Below are positions 34,213 to 44,135 of a DNA stretch of 64,000 nt, piece by piece (the stretch's first letter is position 1; the number at the start of each line of letters is the position of its first letter). Source of the DNA: Candidatus Omnitrophota bacterium. GTDB taxonomy: Bacteria > Omnitrophota > Omnitrophia > Omnitrophales > Aquincolibacteriaceae. The stretch is taken from the NCBI GenBank assembly GCA_030698625.1, contig JAUYMS010000048.1, positions 90,404-154,403 on the forward strand, in the 5' to 3' direction. The notes under the pieces are model-generated. The model saw only the letters and a list, made by a program, of their open reading frames with translations. It ran no database searches and was not told the DNA's origin. The position numbers and the translations under genes were made by a program.

Positions 34213-35181
34213 ATGAAATACGCGCATGCCTTAATATTCTCTTTGACGCTGCTTTCGTTTGCTGCCGTTGGCACGGCCGCTGAACTCCTCGATCGCGTGA
34301 TTGCGGTTGTAAACGACGAGCCTATCACGCAAAGTGAGCTGGACGTATTGTTCCGTCCCATTTATGACGATTACAAAAATGAGATCCGCGGGGAAGAGCT
34401 TATGGTGAAGCTCAACGACATTCGCCGTAAACTTCTCAATCAGCTGATTGAAGATCGTTTGGTTTTTCAGGAAGCTGAAGACCGGAAGCTTGAAGTGGAC
34501 CCGTCCGCGATTGACAAGCAAGTCCAGGAGTTTAAAAAGAGGTTTTTGGAGGCGGATGCGGTAGAAAGCGCCTTGGCGTCCCAGGGGTTGACGATGAGAG
34601 ATGTGCGCGATCGATTCCGCCGTCAGGAAATGGTGCGTCAATTGCACGATATGGAAATTCGCTCAAAAGTTGTTGTTTCTCCTGCCGAGGTCGAGGAATT
34701 TTACTATGCGAATCAATCCGAGTTCTCAGACGAGGAGCGGATTAAAGTGCGATCGATTACGATTAAGAAGGATGAAGAGGCGCGGGAAAAAGGATTGAAA
34801 GACGAAGAAGCGCGCAGCCTCATCGAGGATTTGCGAAGCCGTATCCTTCTCGGAGAAGATTTTGGTGCGTTGGCGCGCGAGTTTTCTCAGGACATTCATG
34901 CTGCTGACAGCGGCATGAGCGAGTGGTTGACGCGCGGAAGCATGATTGCCGTCATTGATGACGCCATCTTCAAAATGAAGCAGGGAGAGATCTCGGACTT
35001 TATTGAAACGCCTATGGGGTACCATATGTTTCGCCTAGAGGAAAAGCACGAAGGCCACCAACGCGATCTTGAAGAAGTGCGGGATGAAATCTTTGCCCAT
35101 CTCTTTCGCCAAAAGGCCCAGGAGCGTTTTCAAGAGTGGATGTTGGAACTCAAACGCGGCGCCTATATTTCCATACGTTAA
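34213..35181 (+). CDS. surA: SurA-like periplasmic chaperone / parvulin PPIase
   Basis: Signal peptide, DRVIAVVNDEPIT, FGALAREFSQD, ETPMGYH; precedes pdxA-rsmA; start moved to ATG 34213. Confidence 0.85.
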   Translation: MKYAHALIFSLTLLSFAAVGTAAELLDRVIAVVNDEPITQSELDVLFRPIYDDYKNEIRGEELMVKLNDIRRKLLNQLIEDRLVFQEAEDRKLEVDPSAIDKQVQEFKKRFLEADAVESALASQGLTMRDVRDRFRRQEMVRQLHDMEIRSKVVVSPAEVEEFYYANQSEFSDEERIKVRSITIKKDEEAREKGLKDEEARSLIEDLRSRILLGEDFGALAREFSQDIHAADSGMSEWLTRGSMIAVIDDAIFKMKQGEISDFIETPMGYHMFRLEEKHEGHQRDLEEVRDEIFAHLFRQKAQERFQEWMLELKRGAYISIR

Positions 35182-35200
35182 AACCCGCCCCAAAAGGATT

Positions 35201-36226
35201 ATGACTCAGCACTACCTACGCGGTAAGCGCCGTCCGAGGATCGGCATCACCATGGGAGACCCCGGCGGTGTGGGGCCTGAGGTCACCTTAAAAGCACTTA
35301 AAAAACTGCCGTTACGGCCTGCCTGCGATTATATTATTTTCGGTTCAAAAGCAGTGTTGGATTACGCGCGATCAAAATTCCGAATTCCGCGATGCGCACA
35401 GGTGAGGGATCTAAAACAGCCGCTGCCGAGGGGTACGCAAATTCATTTCTATGATGTTTGCGGCGAGGTCTTGCCGACCAGTAGACTTCCTTTTGATATC
35501 GGTCGTGTAACGCAACGCAATGCGGCACTGGCATTTGCTGCCATCAAGAAGGCAACGAAACTGGCATGCGAAGGGGAGCTCGAGGCTATCGTGACGGCTC
35601 CGGTGAATAAGGAGGCCATGCGGCTGGTTTATCGGGGGTTTACCGGCCACACGGAATATTTGGCAAAGACTTCGGGATCTAAGCATTTTGCCATGATGTT
35701 TGTCAGCGACCGTCTCAAGGTTACGTTGGTAACGGTGCACGTGCCGCTAAAAAAAGTCAGCAGGCTGCTTACGCCACGGCTTATTGCAGAGAAAATAACT
35801 CTAACGGATCAATTCTTAAGGAATCACTTTGGAATTAAGAGGCCACGTCTGGCAGTGTGCGCACTTAATCCTCATGGCCGAGAGACCGGCCCGGAGGATG
35901 AAGCTGTGGTTAGGCCTGCGGTACGCCGCATGCAAGCGAAGCGTATTAGGGTCGAAGGGCCGCGGTCGGCGGATCAACTCTTCCACGATGCCTATGAGGG
36001 GCGTTTTGATGCTGTCATCAGCATGTATCACGATCAAGGATTAGCACCCTTTAAGATGATTGCGTTCCGCGACGGCGTCAATGTTACGCTTGGACTTCCG
36101 TTTGTGCGTACGTCACCGGACCACGGCACAGCCTATGACATTGCCTATAAGCGCCCCGCAGATCCGTCCTCGATGTTATCGGCAATTCGTCTTGCCGGAG
36201 TGCTTACGATATGCCGGCGTTCATGA
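35201..36226 (+). CDS. pdxA: 4-hydroxythreonine-4-phosphate dehydrogenase
   Basis: ITMGDPGGVGPE, GHTEYL, MYHDQGL, RTSPDHGTA. Confidence 0.96.
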   Translation: MTQHYLRGKRRPRIGITMGDPGGVGPEVTLKALKKLPLRPACDYIIFGSKAVLDYARSKFRIPRCAQVRDLKQPLPRGTQIHFYDVCGEVLPTSRLPFDIGRVTQRNAALAFAAIKKATKLACEGELEAIVTAPVNKEAMRLVYRGFTGHTEYLAKTSGSKHFAMMFVSDRLKVTLVTVHVPLKKVSRLLTPRLIAEKITLTDQFLRNHFGIKRPRLAVCALNPHGRETGPEDEAVVRPAVRRMQAKRIRVEGPRSADQLFHDAYEGRFDAVISMYHDQGLAPFKMIAFRDGVNVTLGLPFVRTSPDHGTAYDIAYKRPADPSSMLSAIRLAGVLTICRRS

Positions 36227-37101
36227 CTCAAATCGAACTCCTTAAGAAATACCAGATTCCGGTTCGGGGCCAGTTAGGCCAGCACCTCCTCATCGATCCG
36301 AATATTCAACAGAAGATCGTCGATCTTTTAGATCCGCAGCCGGATGAGTGGGTTCTGGAAATCGGGCCGGGATTGGGTGCGTTGACGCAGGAACTGCTCT
36401 CACGCGGCGTAAAAGTTTTGGCAATCGAAAAGGATAAAAGGTTCGTGAAAGTACTGGAGGAAGAGAACGCCGTACGTTATGCAGGCAAATTTACGCTCTT
36501 GACCGGAGATGTCCTAAGATTGGATTTGGGAAGAAGCATTGAGGAAAATATTCCTGACAGCAAATTGCCCATTAAAGTATTGAGTAATCTTCCCTATTAT
36601 ATTACCGCACCTATTCTTGTGAGCCTGCTGGACAATGACCGGCTGTTCTCAAGAGCCGTCCTAACGATGCAGAAGGAAGTAGCTGCGCGGCTGCTTGCGC
36701 AGCCCGGGACGAAGGATTATGGCCGGTTGACGCTGGCTGTGCGACTTTTGGCCGACGTCAAGTTGGGGTTCGCGATTTCGCGGCACTGTTTTACGCCGCG
36801 CCCTGCGGTGGAATCGACGGTTTTGAGTGTCTTTTTTCATCGAGGATTGGAGAAGATTCCAGATCTGGATCGTGCCCGTCTTTTGGGGCTGATAAAGCTT
36901 GCTTTTGGCAAAAGACGTAAGATGTTACTGGCCGTTCTTTTCCATGAGCCTTCTGTGGGGCGCACGCGCTCCGAACTTGCGGCAATTTTTGACCGTTTAG
37001 GTATCGCTGAGCAGGCGCGAGGCGAGGAACTGATGGCTAAGGACTTCATCGCGCTTGCACGGGCCCTATGGACGTTTGACAAGAAAAAGAGCCCATGCTA
37101 G
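36223..37101 (+). CDS. rsmA: 16S rRNA dimethyladenosine transferase
   Basis: LGQHLL, LEIGPGLGALT, NLPYYIT, MQKEVA. Confidence 0.96.
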   Translation: MTQIELLKKYQIPVRGQLGQHLLIDPNIQQKIVDLLDPQPDEWVLEIGPGLGALTQELLSRGVKVLAIEKDKRFVKVLEEENAVRYAGKFTLLTGDVLRLDLGRSIEENIPDSKLPIKVLSNLPYYITAPILVSLLDNDRLFSRAVLTMQKEVAARLLAQPGTKDYGRLTLAVRLLADVKLGFAISRHCFTPRPAVESTVLSVFFHRGLEKIPDLDRARLLGLIKLAFGKRRKMLLAVLFHEPSVGRTRSELAAIFDRLGIAEQARGEELMAKDFIALARALWTFDKKKSPC

Positions 37102-37104
37102 TAT
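37076..37104 (+). promoter_or_regulatory. Putative sigma70 promoter for gatCAB
   Basis: TTGACA-N17-TAGTAT with extended TG, at the 3' end of rsmA. Confidence 0.7.
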
Positions 37105-37160
37105 CCCTTTATTCTGTCATAATTTAGGGAGATTATCGAGAGTTCCCTCTGGAGGTTACG

Positions 37161-37442
37161 ATGTCGTTTGAGATTGATAAGGTTGCCGAACTTGCGCGAA
37201 TTCGTCTCAGGGAAGAGGAAAAAAGGAAACTTCAGGCGGACCTTGATGCCATCCTCAGATATGTTGAAAAGCTGCGAAGTGTGCAAACCGAAGGCGTAGA
37301 ACCCACCAGCCATGTCCTCAACGTCGAAAACGTCTATCGGCAAGACAAAGTCAAAGCGCATGAGATTCGCGATGAGGTCTTAGACCACGCCCCTCAGCGG
37401 GAAGATAACTTTTTTAAAGTGCCAAAGGTCGTCGAGCGTTAG
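37161..37442 (+). CDS. gatC: Asp/Glu-tRNA amidotransferase subunit C
   Basis: VAELARI, TEGVEPTSH, FFKVPKV. Confidence 0.96.
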   Translation: MSFEIDKVAELARIRLREEEKRKLQADLDAILRYVEKLRSVQTEGVEPTSHVLNVENVYRQDKVKAHEIRDEVLDHAPQREDNFFKVPKVVER

Positions 37443-37459
37443 ACGCTTCCATACAGAAA

Positions 37460-38902
37460 ATGGCGGAAAACACTGCAAATCAAAATCTTTTCCAGCTAAC
37501 ACTTCGGGAAGCAAGAGACCTGATTAAAAAGGAAGGCTCTGAAGCCTTGCTTAAATCACTCAACGCCCGCATTGAATCGGTTAACCCGAAAATCAACGCT
37601 GTGGTTCGTTTTGATCCGGCCAAATACAACCCCGGAAAAGGCAGCGGACCCTTGGCGAACGTTCCTATTTCGTTCAAGGACAATATCTGCATTCACGGCC
37701 GCGAAACCACATGTGCTTCTAAGATTTTAGCCGGACATGTTCCTCCATATGATGCGACCGTTGTCGATAAGCTCAAGCGGGCGGGTGCGCATATTTATGC
37801 GCAGTGCAACATGGATGAATTTGCTTTCGGGTCTTCATGCGAGACTTCAACTTACGGACCGACACGCAATCCGTGGAATACGGAATACGTTCCCGGCGGA
37901 TCGAGCGGCGGTTCCGCGGCGGCCGTCGCCTCTGACATGGCAATTGCGGCGTTAGGTTCGGATACGGGGGGGTCTATTCGCCAGCCGGCAGCGCTGTGCG
38001 GAGTTGTGGGGTTAAAGCCTACTTACGGACGTGTTTCTCGCTACGGCCTTATCGCGTTCGGTTCGAGCTTTGACCAAATCGGGCCGCTTACCAAGACGGT
38101 CGAGGATTCGGCGCTCTTGTTGAATGTCTTAGCGGGTCACGACGAGCGCGACTCAACTTCCTTGGAGCAACCCGTCCCGGACTATACCGAATCTCTGGGA
38201 CGAGACGTAAAGGGAATGCGCATCGGTTTACCGAAAGAATATTTTGATGCAGAGGGTATTGATCCCGAGGTTGAGAAAAGCGTGCGGGCAGGTGCAGACC
38301 TACTCAAAAAAAAGGGAGCAGAGCTGGTGACGGTCTCGTTGCCGCATACCGAGTACGCTGTGGCGGTTTACTATATCGTTGCGGTGGCCGAAGCCAGTTC
38401 TAACCTGGGGCGTTTTGACGGTGTTCAATATGGCGCAAGGACTAAAGCCCAGGATCTCAAGACGATGTATCTCGAGACGCGCGATGCGGGTTTCGGCGAA
38501 GAGGCAAAGCGCCGCATTTTGCTCGGGACGTTCGTTCTGTCGGCGGGCTATTACGACGCTTATTATTTGCAGGGGCAGAAAGTAAGAACCTTGGTTCGTG
38601 AAGATTTTGAAGCGGCATTCAAAGAGGTCGATCTTCTGCTTGGCCCGACATCGCCGACGGCGGCGTTTAAAATAGGGGAAAAAGCTCAGGATCCGTTGGC
38701 GATGTATCTTTCGGACATTCTGACGATTCCCGCAAACCTGTCCGGGATACCGGCCATTTCGATCCCGTGCGGGCTGACATCCCGAGGGTTACCGATAGGG
38801 TTGCAGCTGATGGCGGCACCTTTCGACGAAGCCAAAATTTTCACTGCGGCGTACGCCCTGGAACAAGAAATCGGTATGTACAAGCAAAGACCTAAACTGT
38901 GA
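37460..38902 (+). CDS. gatA: Asp/Glu-tRNA amidotransferase subunit A
   Basis: Amidase signature PGGSSGGSAA, GSDTGGSIRQPA, KRRILLG. Confidence 0.98.
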   Translation: MAENTANQNLFQLTLREARDLIKKEGSEALLKSLNARIESVNPKINAVVRFDPAKYNPGKGSGPLANVPISFKDNICIHGRETTCASKILAGHVPPYDATVVDKLKRAGAHIYAQCNMDEFAFGSSCETSTYGPTRNPWNTEYVPGGSSGGSAAAVASDMAIAALGSDTGGSIRQPAALCGVVGLKPTYGRVSRYGLIAFGSSFDQIGPLTKTVEDSALLLNVLAGHDERDSTSLEQPVPDYTESLGRDVKGMRIGLPKEYFDAEGIDPEVEKSVRAGADLLKKKGAELVTVSLPHTEYAVAVYYIVAVAEASSNLGRFDGVQYGARTKAQDLKTMYLETRDAGFGEEAKRRILLGTFVLSAGYYDAYYLQGQKVRTLVREDFEAAFKEVDLLLGPTSPTAAFKIGEKAQDPLAMYLSDILTIPANLSGIPAISIPCGLTSRGLPIGLQLMAAPFDEAKIFTAAYALEQEIGMYKQRPKL

Positions 38903-40338
38903 ACGACTACGAACCCGTCATTGGCTTAGAGGTGCATACTCAGCTTGCGACGGAGTCTAAGCTTTTTTGTTCATGCTCGACCAAATTCGGTGCCGACGCG
39001 AATCGCAATACATGCCCGGTGTGTTTGGGATGGCCGGGTGCCCTGCCCGTACTTAACTCTAAGGCTCTGGAGTATTCTATCCGCGTTGGCCTGGCTTTGG
39101 GCTGTGAGGTTACCGATCGCTTAAAGTTCGACCGCAAGAACTATTTTTATCCGGATCTTCCGAAGGCTTATCAGATTTCACAATACGACATGCCGGTCAA
39201 CAAGGGCGGCTACATTGAAGTGGAGTCCAAGGGATCCGGTGAAAAGCGTCGTATCGAGATTACCCGCGCACACCTGGAAGAAGATGCGGGTAAGCTGTTG
39301 CACGAAGGAGTCGTGGGAGGGAGCTTGGTGGACTACAACCGGGCCGGAATTCCTCTCTTGGAAATTGTCTCCGAGCCGGACATCCGCTCCCCGGAAGAAG
39401 CGTACGAATACCTTGTGACCCTTAAGGCCATTCTGCAATACCTGGAAGTGAGTGACTGCAATATGGAAGAAGGGAGTCTGCGTTGTGACGCGAATATATC
39501 GGTGAGGAAAAGGGGAGAGACAAAACTCGGAACGAAGGCTGAAATTAAGAATCTCAACTCGTTTAAGATGGTGCAGAAGGCATTGCAGTACGAGATCGAG
39601 CGCCAGATCAATTCCCTTGAGAACCATGAGAGTGTCGTGCAGGAAACCCGTCTTTGGAATGATGAAAAGGGGCAGACCTTTCCGATGCGATCGAAGGAAG
39701 ATGCTCATGACTACCGCTATTTTCCAGAGCCCGATTTGGTTCCTTTTACCATTTCGCGGAGTCGGGTGGAAGAGATCAGAAAAACCCTCCCGGAGTTACC
39801 CGGGCAAAGGGTCGAGCGTTTTACCCAAGATTTTGGGCTGAGTCGTTATGATGCGCACGTCCTGGTGCAGGATAAGACTCTGGCGCACTATTATGAGTCT
39901 TGTGTTCAAGCGAAGGCAAACGCAAAATTGGCGAGTAACTGGATCCAGTCGGAATTGCTGGCGTTGCTTCGGACACGAAAATTAGATATCAGGGACTGCC
40001 CTGTTAAGGCCAAAGATTTGGCCGGTCTTATTCGGTTGATCGAAGAGGGGACGATAAGCGGAAAGATTGCTAAGGAGATTCTTCCCGAGATGTTCGAATC
40101 GGGAAAGTCGGCCGAAGAGATCGTGGAGAAGAAAGGGTTGGTTCAAGTCAGCGACCCGAAGTTGATCGAAGAAGTGGCCGAGCGGGTTCTCCAGGCCAAC
40201 CCCAAGTCGGTGGAAAACTTTAAGGCCGGCAAAAAGCAGGCGCTCGGGTTTTTGGTGGGGCAGATCATGAAAGAAACGCAAGGTAAAGCCAACCCCAAAC
40301 TTGCAAATGAGATTTTAGAGAAGAAGCTGGGGCACTAA
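38899..40338 (+). CDS. gatB: Asp/Glu-tRNA amidotransferase subunit B
   Basis: IGLEVH, RKNYFYPDLPK, LRCDANIS, DYRYFPEPDL. Confidence 0.98.
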   Translation: MNDYEPVIGLEVHTQLATESKLFCSCSTKFGADANRNTCPVCLGWPGALPVLNSKALEYSIRVGLALGCEVTDRLKFDRKNYFYPDLPKAYQISQYDMPVNKGGYIEVESKGSGEKRRIEITRAHLEEDAGKLLHEGVVGGSLVDYNRAGIPLLEIVSEPDIRSPEEAYEYLVTLKAILQYLEVSDCNMEEGSLRCDANISVRKRGETKLGTKAEIKNLNSFKMVQKALQYEIERQINSLENHESVVQETRLWNDEKGQTFPMRSKEDAHDYRYFPEPDLVPFTISRSRVEEIRKTLPELPGQRVERFTQDFGLSRYDAHVLVQDKTLAHYYESCVQAKANAKLASNWIQSELLALLRTRKLDIRDCPVKAKDLAGLIRLIEEGTISGKIAKEILPEMFESGKSAEEIVEKKGLVQVSDPKLIEEVAERVLQANPKSVENFKAGKKQALGFLVGQIMKETQGKANPKLANEILEKKLGH

Positions 40339-40344
40339 TCAGCC

Positions 40345-41337
40345 ATGCTTACACTGGGCATTGAGACGTCTTGTGACGAAACCGCCTGCGCTGTCCTTGA
40401 CGGATCCGACAAAATTCGCTCAAACGTTATCTCATCGAGTCTCTTTAGACATAGGCCGTTCGGCGGCGTTGTTCCTGAAATCGCGTCCCGTCATTGCCTA
40501 GAGCAAATTGATTTTGTATTTCAGGAAGCCTTAAGTCAGGGCCGAATCAAGCCCGGGGATCTGGATCTGGTCGCGGTAACACAAGGGCCGGGGCTTATCG
40601 GTTCCTTGCTCGTGGGAATTGTATTTGCGAAGACATTCAGTTATCAAATGGGTATTCCTCTAGTGGGGGTCAATCACCTTGAGGCTCATCTCGTGGCCAA
40701 CTTCATCGGTTCACGCAAACCCTCCCGTTTTATCGGGCTCTTGGTTTCCGGCGGCCATACGGGACTTTATCTGTGTGAGAAGGGGGGCTGTGCGCTGTTG
40801 GGAGAAACTGTCGACGACGCGGTAGGAGAGGCATACGATAAGACAGCCAAGATGATGGGGCTCGGATATCCCGGAGGTCCCATTATGGATCGTTTGGCCG
40901 CAGAGGGAAATTCAAAAAAGTACTCCTTCACCAAGCCTAAACAGAAAAATAGGTTTGCCTTTAGTTTTAGCGGGATTAAGACAGCCGTCCTCTACCGTAT
41001 TCGTGACCGGAAACGTGTTACCCAGGCGTTCCGCCGTGACATGGCCGCGAGCTTTCAACGTGCGGTCGTGAGTTGGCTTGTTGATAAAGCCTTGGATGCC
41101 GCAAGGGCGAAGCAGGCAAAACACATTGTGGTCGGGGGTGGTGTGAGCGCGAACTCGGAGTTGCGTAGGGTGCTCAACTCGGAAGCTGCCAAACACGGAA
41201 TTCGTGTTTGGTTTCCGACGTTCGAGTTGACCATGGATAATGCGGCAATGATTGCAAGAAGGGGAGTCGACCTTTACAAGCAGGGCAAACGCGATACATT
41301 GACGCTTACGGGAGATCCGAATTTTAAAGTAACTTAA
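40345..41337 (+). CDS. tsaD: tRNA t6A37 threonylcarbamoyltransferase
   Basis: LGIETSCDET, GGVVPEIASRH, NHLEAH, DNAAMIA. Confidence 0.97.
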   Translation: MLTLGIETSCDETACAVLDGSDKIRSNVISSSLFRHRPFGGVVPEIASRHCLEQIDFVFQEALSQGRIKPGDLDLVAVTQGPGLIGSLLVGIVFAKTFSYQMGIPLVGVNHLEAHLVANFIGSRKPSRFIGLLVSGGHTGLYLCEKGGCALLGETVDDAVGEAYDKTAKMMGLGYPGGPIMDRLAAEGNSKKYSFTKPKQKNRFAFSFSGIKTAVLYRIRDRKRVTQAFRRDMAASFQRAVVSWLVDKALDAARAKQAKHIVVGGGVSANSELRRVLNSEAAKHGIRVWFPTFELTMDNAAMIARRGVDLYKQGKRDTLTLTGDPNFKVT

Positions 41338-41349
41338 AGGGGGGAAGTT

Positions 41350-41799
41350 ATGGTCGTCTTCGATGCGCATCATGCCGATATTGCATTCCGGCTCCTTATG
41401 GCCACCTTGCTGGGTGGGATCATTGGTTTAGAACGAGAGAGGCACGGTAAGGACGCGGGCCTAAGAACGTACACGATCGTATGTCTGGGTTCTGCGCTAG
41501 TAATGATTGTTTCCATTGATCTTTTTGAGATGTACAAGGGAGTGACAACGGTCGACCCGTCACGTATCGCGGCGCAGGTTGTGAGCGGTATAGGTTTTCT
41601 TGGTGCCGGCGCGATTATTCGCTTTCCGCAAGGCGTGCGGGGGCTGACCACGGCGGCGGGCATATGGGTTGCTGCCGGCATCGGTCTCGCGTGTGGTGCC
41701 GGCCAATATTGGCCTGCCATGGTTACGACGGTCCTGGTTCTCGCCATCCTCGTCATCTTTTCGAAAGTGGATCAGCATTTGCGTGGTAAACGCGTCTGA
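41350..41799 (+). CDS. MgtC/SapB family membrane protein (TM domain only)
   Basis: IGLERE..AGLRT, DPSRIAAQVVSGIGFLGAG, GLTTAA. Confidence 0.93.
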   Translation: MVVFDAHHADIAFRLLMATLLGGIIGLERERHGKDAGLRTYTIVCLGSALVMIVSIDLFEMYKGVTTVDPSRIAAQVVSGIGFLGAGAIIRFPQGVRGLTTAAGIWVAAGIGLACGAGQYWPAMVTTVLVLAILVIFSKVDQHLRGKRV

Positions 41800-41802
41800 G
41801 TC

Positions 41803-42582
41803 ATGACCTTCACGCAGAAAGCCATCGAGCGCATTCTTAAAGAAGTGCGCGAGCGGGTGATTTCGGAGAAGGAAGCGTTTGCCAGGTTAAAGAACCTGCC
41901 TTACGAAGACCTGTCTTTTGCCCGCATCGATCATCACCGCAGTTTCCGCAAGGGCATGCCGGAAGCCGTCTATGCGCCAGGAAAGTCTGTAGAGCAACTG
42001 GATAAAATTATTCGTCTGTTTCAAAAGTCCGGGCAGCAGCTCATCGTCACACGGCTGAAGCCCGAAGTGTACGCCAAGCTGAAGAAAAAACTGCCGCGCC
42101 TCAAGTATTCCCGCCACGGATGTATTGGCCATTTTGCCATTCCCAAAAAGAAAATGATTTTCAGAGAACCGGCGGTCGCTGTGATTACCGCGGGAACATC
42201 TGACGTACCCGTTGCCGAAGAAGCCGTGATTACGCTTGAATCTACAGGCCGACGAGCAGAAAGGTTTTACGACTGCGGAGTTGCGGGTCTTCATCGTCTG
42301 CTGGATCAATTGCCCGAAATCAAGAGGTGCGGGGTTATAATCTGCGTGGCGGGCATGGAAGGCGCTTTGGTCAGTGTGGTGGCCGGGCTTGTCGATAAAC
42401 CCGTTATTGCGGTTCCAACCAGCGTCGGTTACGGTGCCCATTTTCGTGGCCTTGCTCCGCTACTTTCCATGATGAATTCCTGTGCCCAGGGTGTTGCCGT
42501 CGTCAACATTGACAATGGTTTTGGTGCCGCCTGTTTCGCCTCGCTCACCCTAGCTAGCCAGTCATTTAAAGCGGCTACATAA
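41803..42582 (+). CDS. larB: Nickel-pincer cofactor biosynthesis carboxylase/hydrolase LarB
   Basis: AGTSDVPVAEEA, GVAGLHRL, AGMEGAL, PTSVGYGA, NIDNGFGAA. Confidence 0.95.
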   Translation: MTFTQKAIERILKEVRERVISEKEAFARLKNLPYEDLSFARIDHHRSFRKGMPEAVYAPGKSVEQLDKIIRLFQKSGQQLIVTRLKPEVYAKLKKKLPRLKYSRHGCIGHFAIPKKKMIFREPAVAVITAGTSDVPVAEEAVITLESTGRRAERFYDCGVAGLHRLLDQLPEIKRCGVIICVAGMEGALVSVVAGLVDKPVIAVPTSVGYGAHFRGLAPLLSMMNSCAQGVAVVNIDNGFGAACFASLTLASQSFKAAT

Positions 42583-42712
42583 TTGTACATTCCCTGACCT
42601 ACAGATTTGTAGATTCTCCCCCTGTTTCTCTTTCTAGAAAATGGGCGTAAAAAATCATAAGTGTATTTATATAAGCTACTTACACTTATTATTATGCTTG
42701 TGGGTGGTGAGT

Positions 42713-42728
42713 TGGCACGGTCATTGCA
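42713..42728 (+). promoter_or_regulatory. Sigma54 (-24/-12) promoter for amtB-glnK
   Basis: TGGCAC-GGTCA-TTGCA matches TGGCAC-N5-TTGCW, 60 nt before the amtB ATG. Confidence 0.85.
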
Positions 42729-42787
42729 AAGTAAGATCCATGATGATGGGCACATTGCACAAAAAAGAGATTTCACAGGAGGGGTTT

Positions 42788-44107
42788 ATGAGTAAATGGA
42801 AGAAAGGCCTTTTGACGGCTCTTTTTGCTCTGCCGATGTTGGCTATCAGTTCCTTGGCATGGGCGGAAGGCACCGTTTCACAGGGTGTTTTTATTGCCAA
42901 CAATAACTGGATGATGGTTTCGACGTTTCTCGTGTTTATCATGCATCTTGGGTTCGCTTCTATCGAATCGGGGCTCACAAGATCGAAGAACACGGTGAAC
43001 ATCCTGTTCAAAAATACGCTAATCGTGGCAATCGGCTTCTTGACCTTCGCCTTGATGGGTTTTAACCTGATGTATCCGGGAGACAGCTGGATTTTTGGCA
43101 AATTCCTGGGTTTTGCGGGTTTTGGGCTCACTAGTCCCGAAGGTGCGGCTGGCTTGATCGATTATGCTGATGGCGGTTATACGTATTGGACCGACTTCAT
43201 GTTCCAGGCCGTCTTTGCAGCAACGGGAGCTACGATCGTTTCCGGTGCGGTGGCCGAGCGTGTGAAGCTGAATAGCTTTTTGATTTTCACAGTTATTTAT
43301 GTTTCGTTGATTTATCCTATTTTCGGCTCATGGAAATGGGGTGGTGGCTGGCTTGATGAAGCCGGTTTTTATGATTTTGCCGGCTCAACCGTCGTGCATT
43401 CAGTCGGAGGTTGGGGAGCTTTGGCCGGTGCGCTGGTTCTCGGGCCCCGTCTCGGTAAGTATTTTAAGGGCGGTATCCGGCCTATTATGGGACATAGTTT
43501 ACCGCTAGCCACGATCGGCTGTTTTATGCTGTGGCTCGGCTGGTTTGGTTTCAACGGAGGTTCGGTTTTGTCCGCTGATCCGGGTCCTGTCTCCTTCGTG
43601 TTGACTACGACGTGCCTCGCTGCAGCCGCAGGAATCGTCAGCGCAATGCTGACCTCATGGTTTGTCCAGAAGAAACCGGACTTTTCCATGGTCCTCAATG
43701 GTTGTCTCGCGGGCCTGGTAGGCATTACGGCAGGTGCCGATGTGGTATCTGTCACGTCTGCGGTTATTATCGGTTTGGTAGCTGGCGTGATCGTGGTGTT
43801 TTCCGTTATCGCGTTTGACAAGATCAAAATTGACGATCCGGTCGGTGCGATTTCGGTTCATCTGGTTTGCGGTATGTGGGGTACACTTGCCGTAGGTATT
43901 TTCAGCGCAGAACACAGTATCGGCGCACAGCTTCTCGGTATTGGTGCTGCCGGGGCCCTGTGTTTTCCGGCTGCTCTCCTTATCTTTATGATCCTCAAAA
44001 TCACGATCGGCATTCGCGTGAGCGAGGAAGAAGAACTGCGCGGACTGGATCTGAGCGAGCATGGCATGGAGGCTTACGCCGGCTTTCAGGTATTTACAAC
44101 GCAGTAA
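42788..44107 (+). CDS. amtB: Ammonium transporter
   Basis: DFAGSTVVH and DDPVGAISVH twin-His, WLGWFGFNGGS, GLDLSEHG; ATG 42788 after AGGAGG. Confidence 0.97.
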   Translation: MSKWKKGLLTALFALPMLAISSLAWAEGTVSQGVFIANNNWMMVSTFLVFIMHLGFASIESGLTRSKNTVNILFKNTLIVAIGFLTFALMGFNLMYPGDSWIFGKFLGFAGFGLTSPEGAAGLIDYADGGYTYWTDFMFQAVFAATGATIVSGAVAERVKLNSFLIFTVIYVSLIYPIFGSWKWGGGWLDEAGFYDFAGSTVVHSVGGWGALAGALVLGPRLGKYFKGGIRPIMGHSLPLATIGCFMLWLGWFGFNGGSVLSADPGPVSFVLTTTCLAAAAGIVSAMLTSWFVQKKPDFSMVLNGCLAGLVGITAGADVVSVTSAVIIGLVAGVIVVFSVIAFDKIKIDDPVGAISVHLVCGMWGTLAVGIFSAEHSIGAQLLGIGAAGALCFPAALLIFMILKITIGIRVSEEEELRGLDLSEHGMEAYAGFQVFTTQ

Positions 44108-44135
44108 ATGACCAAATGACACAAGGAGATTAAAA

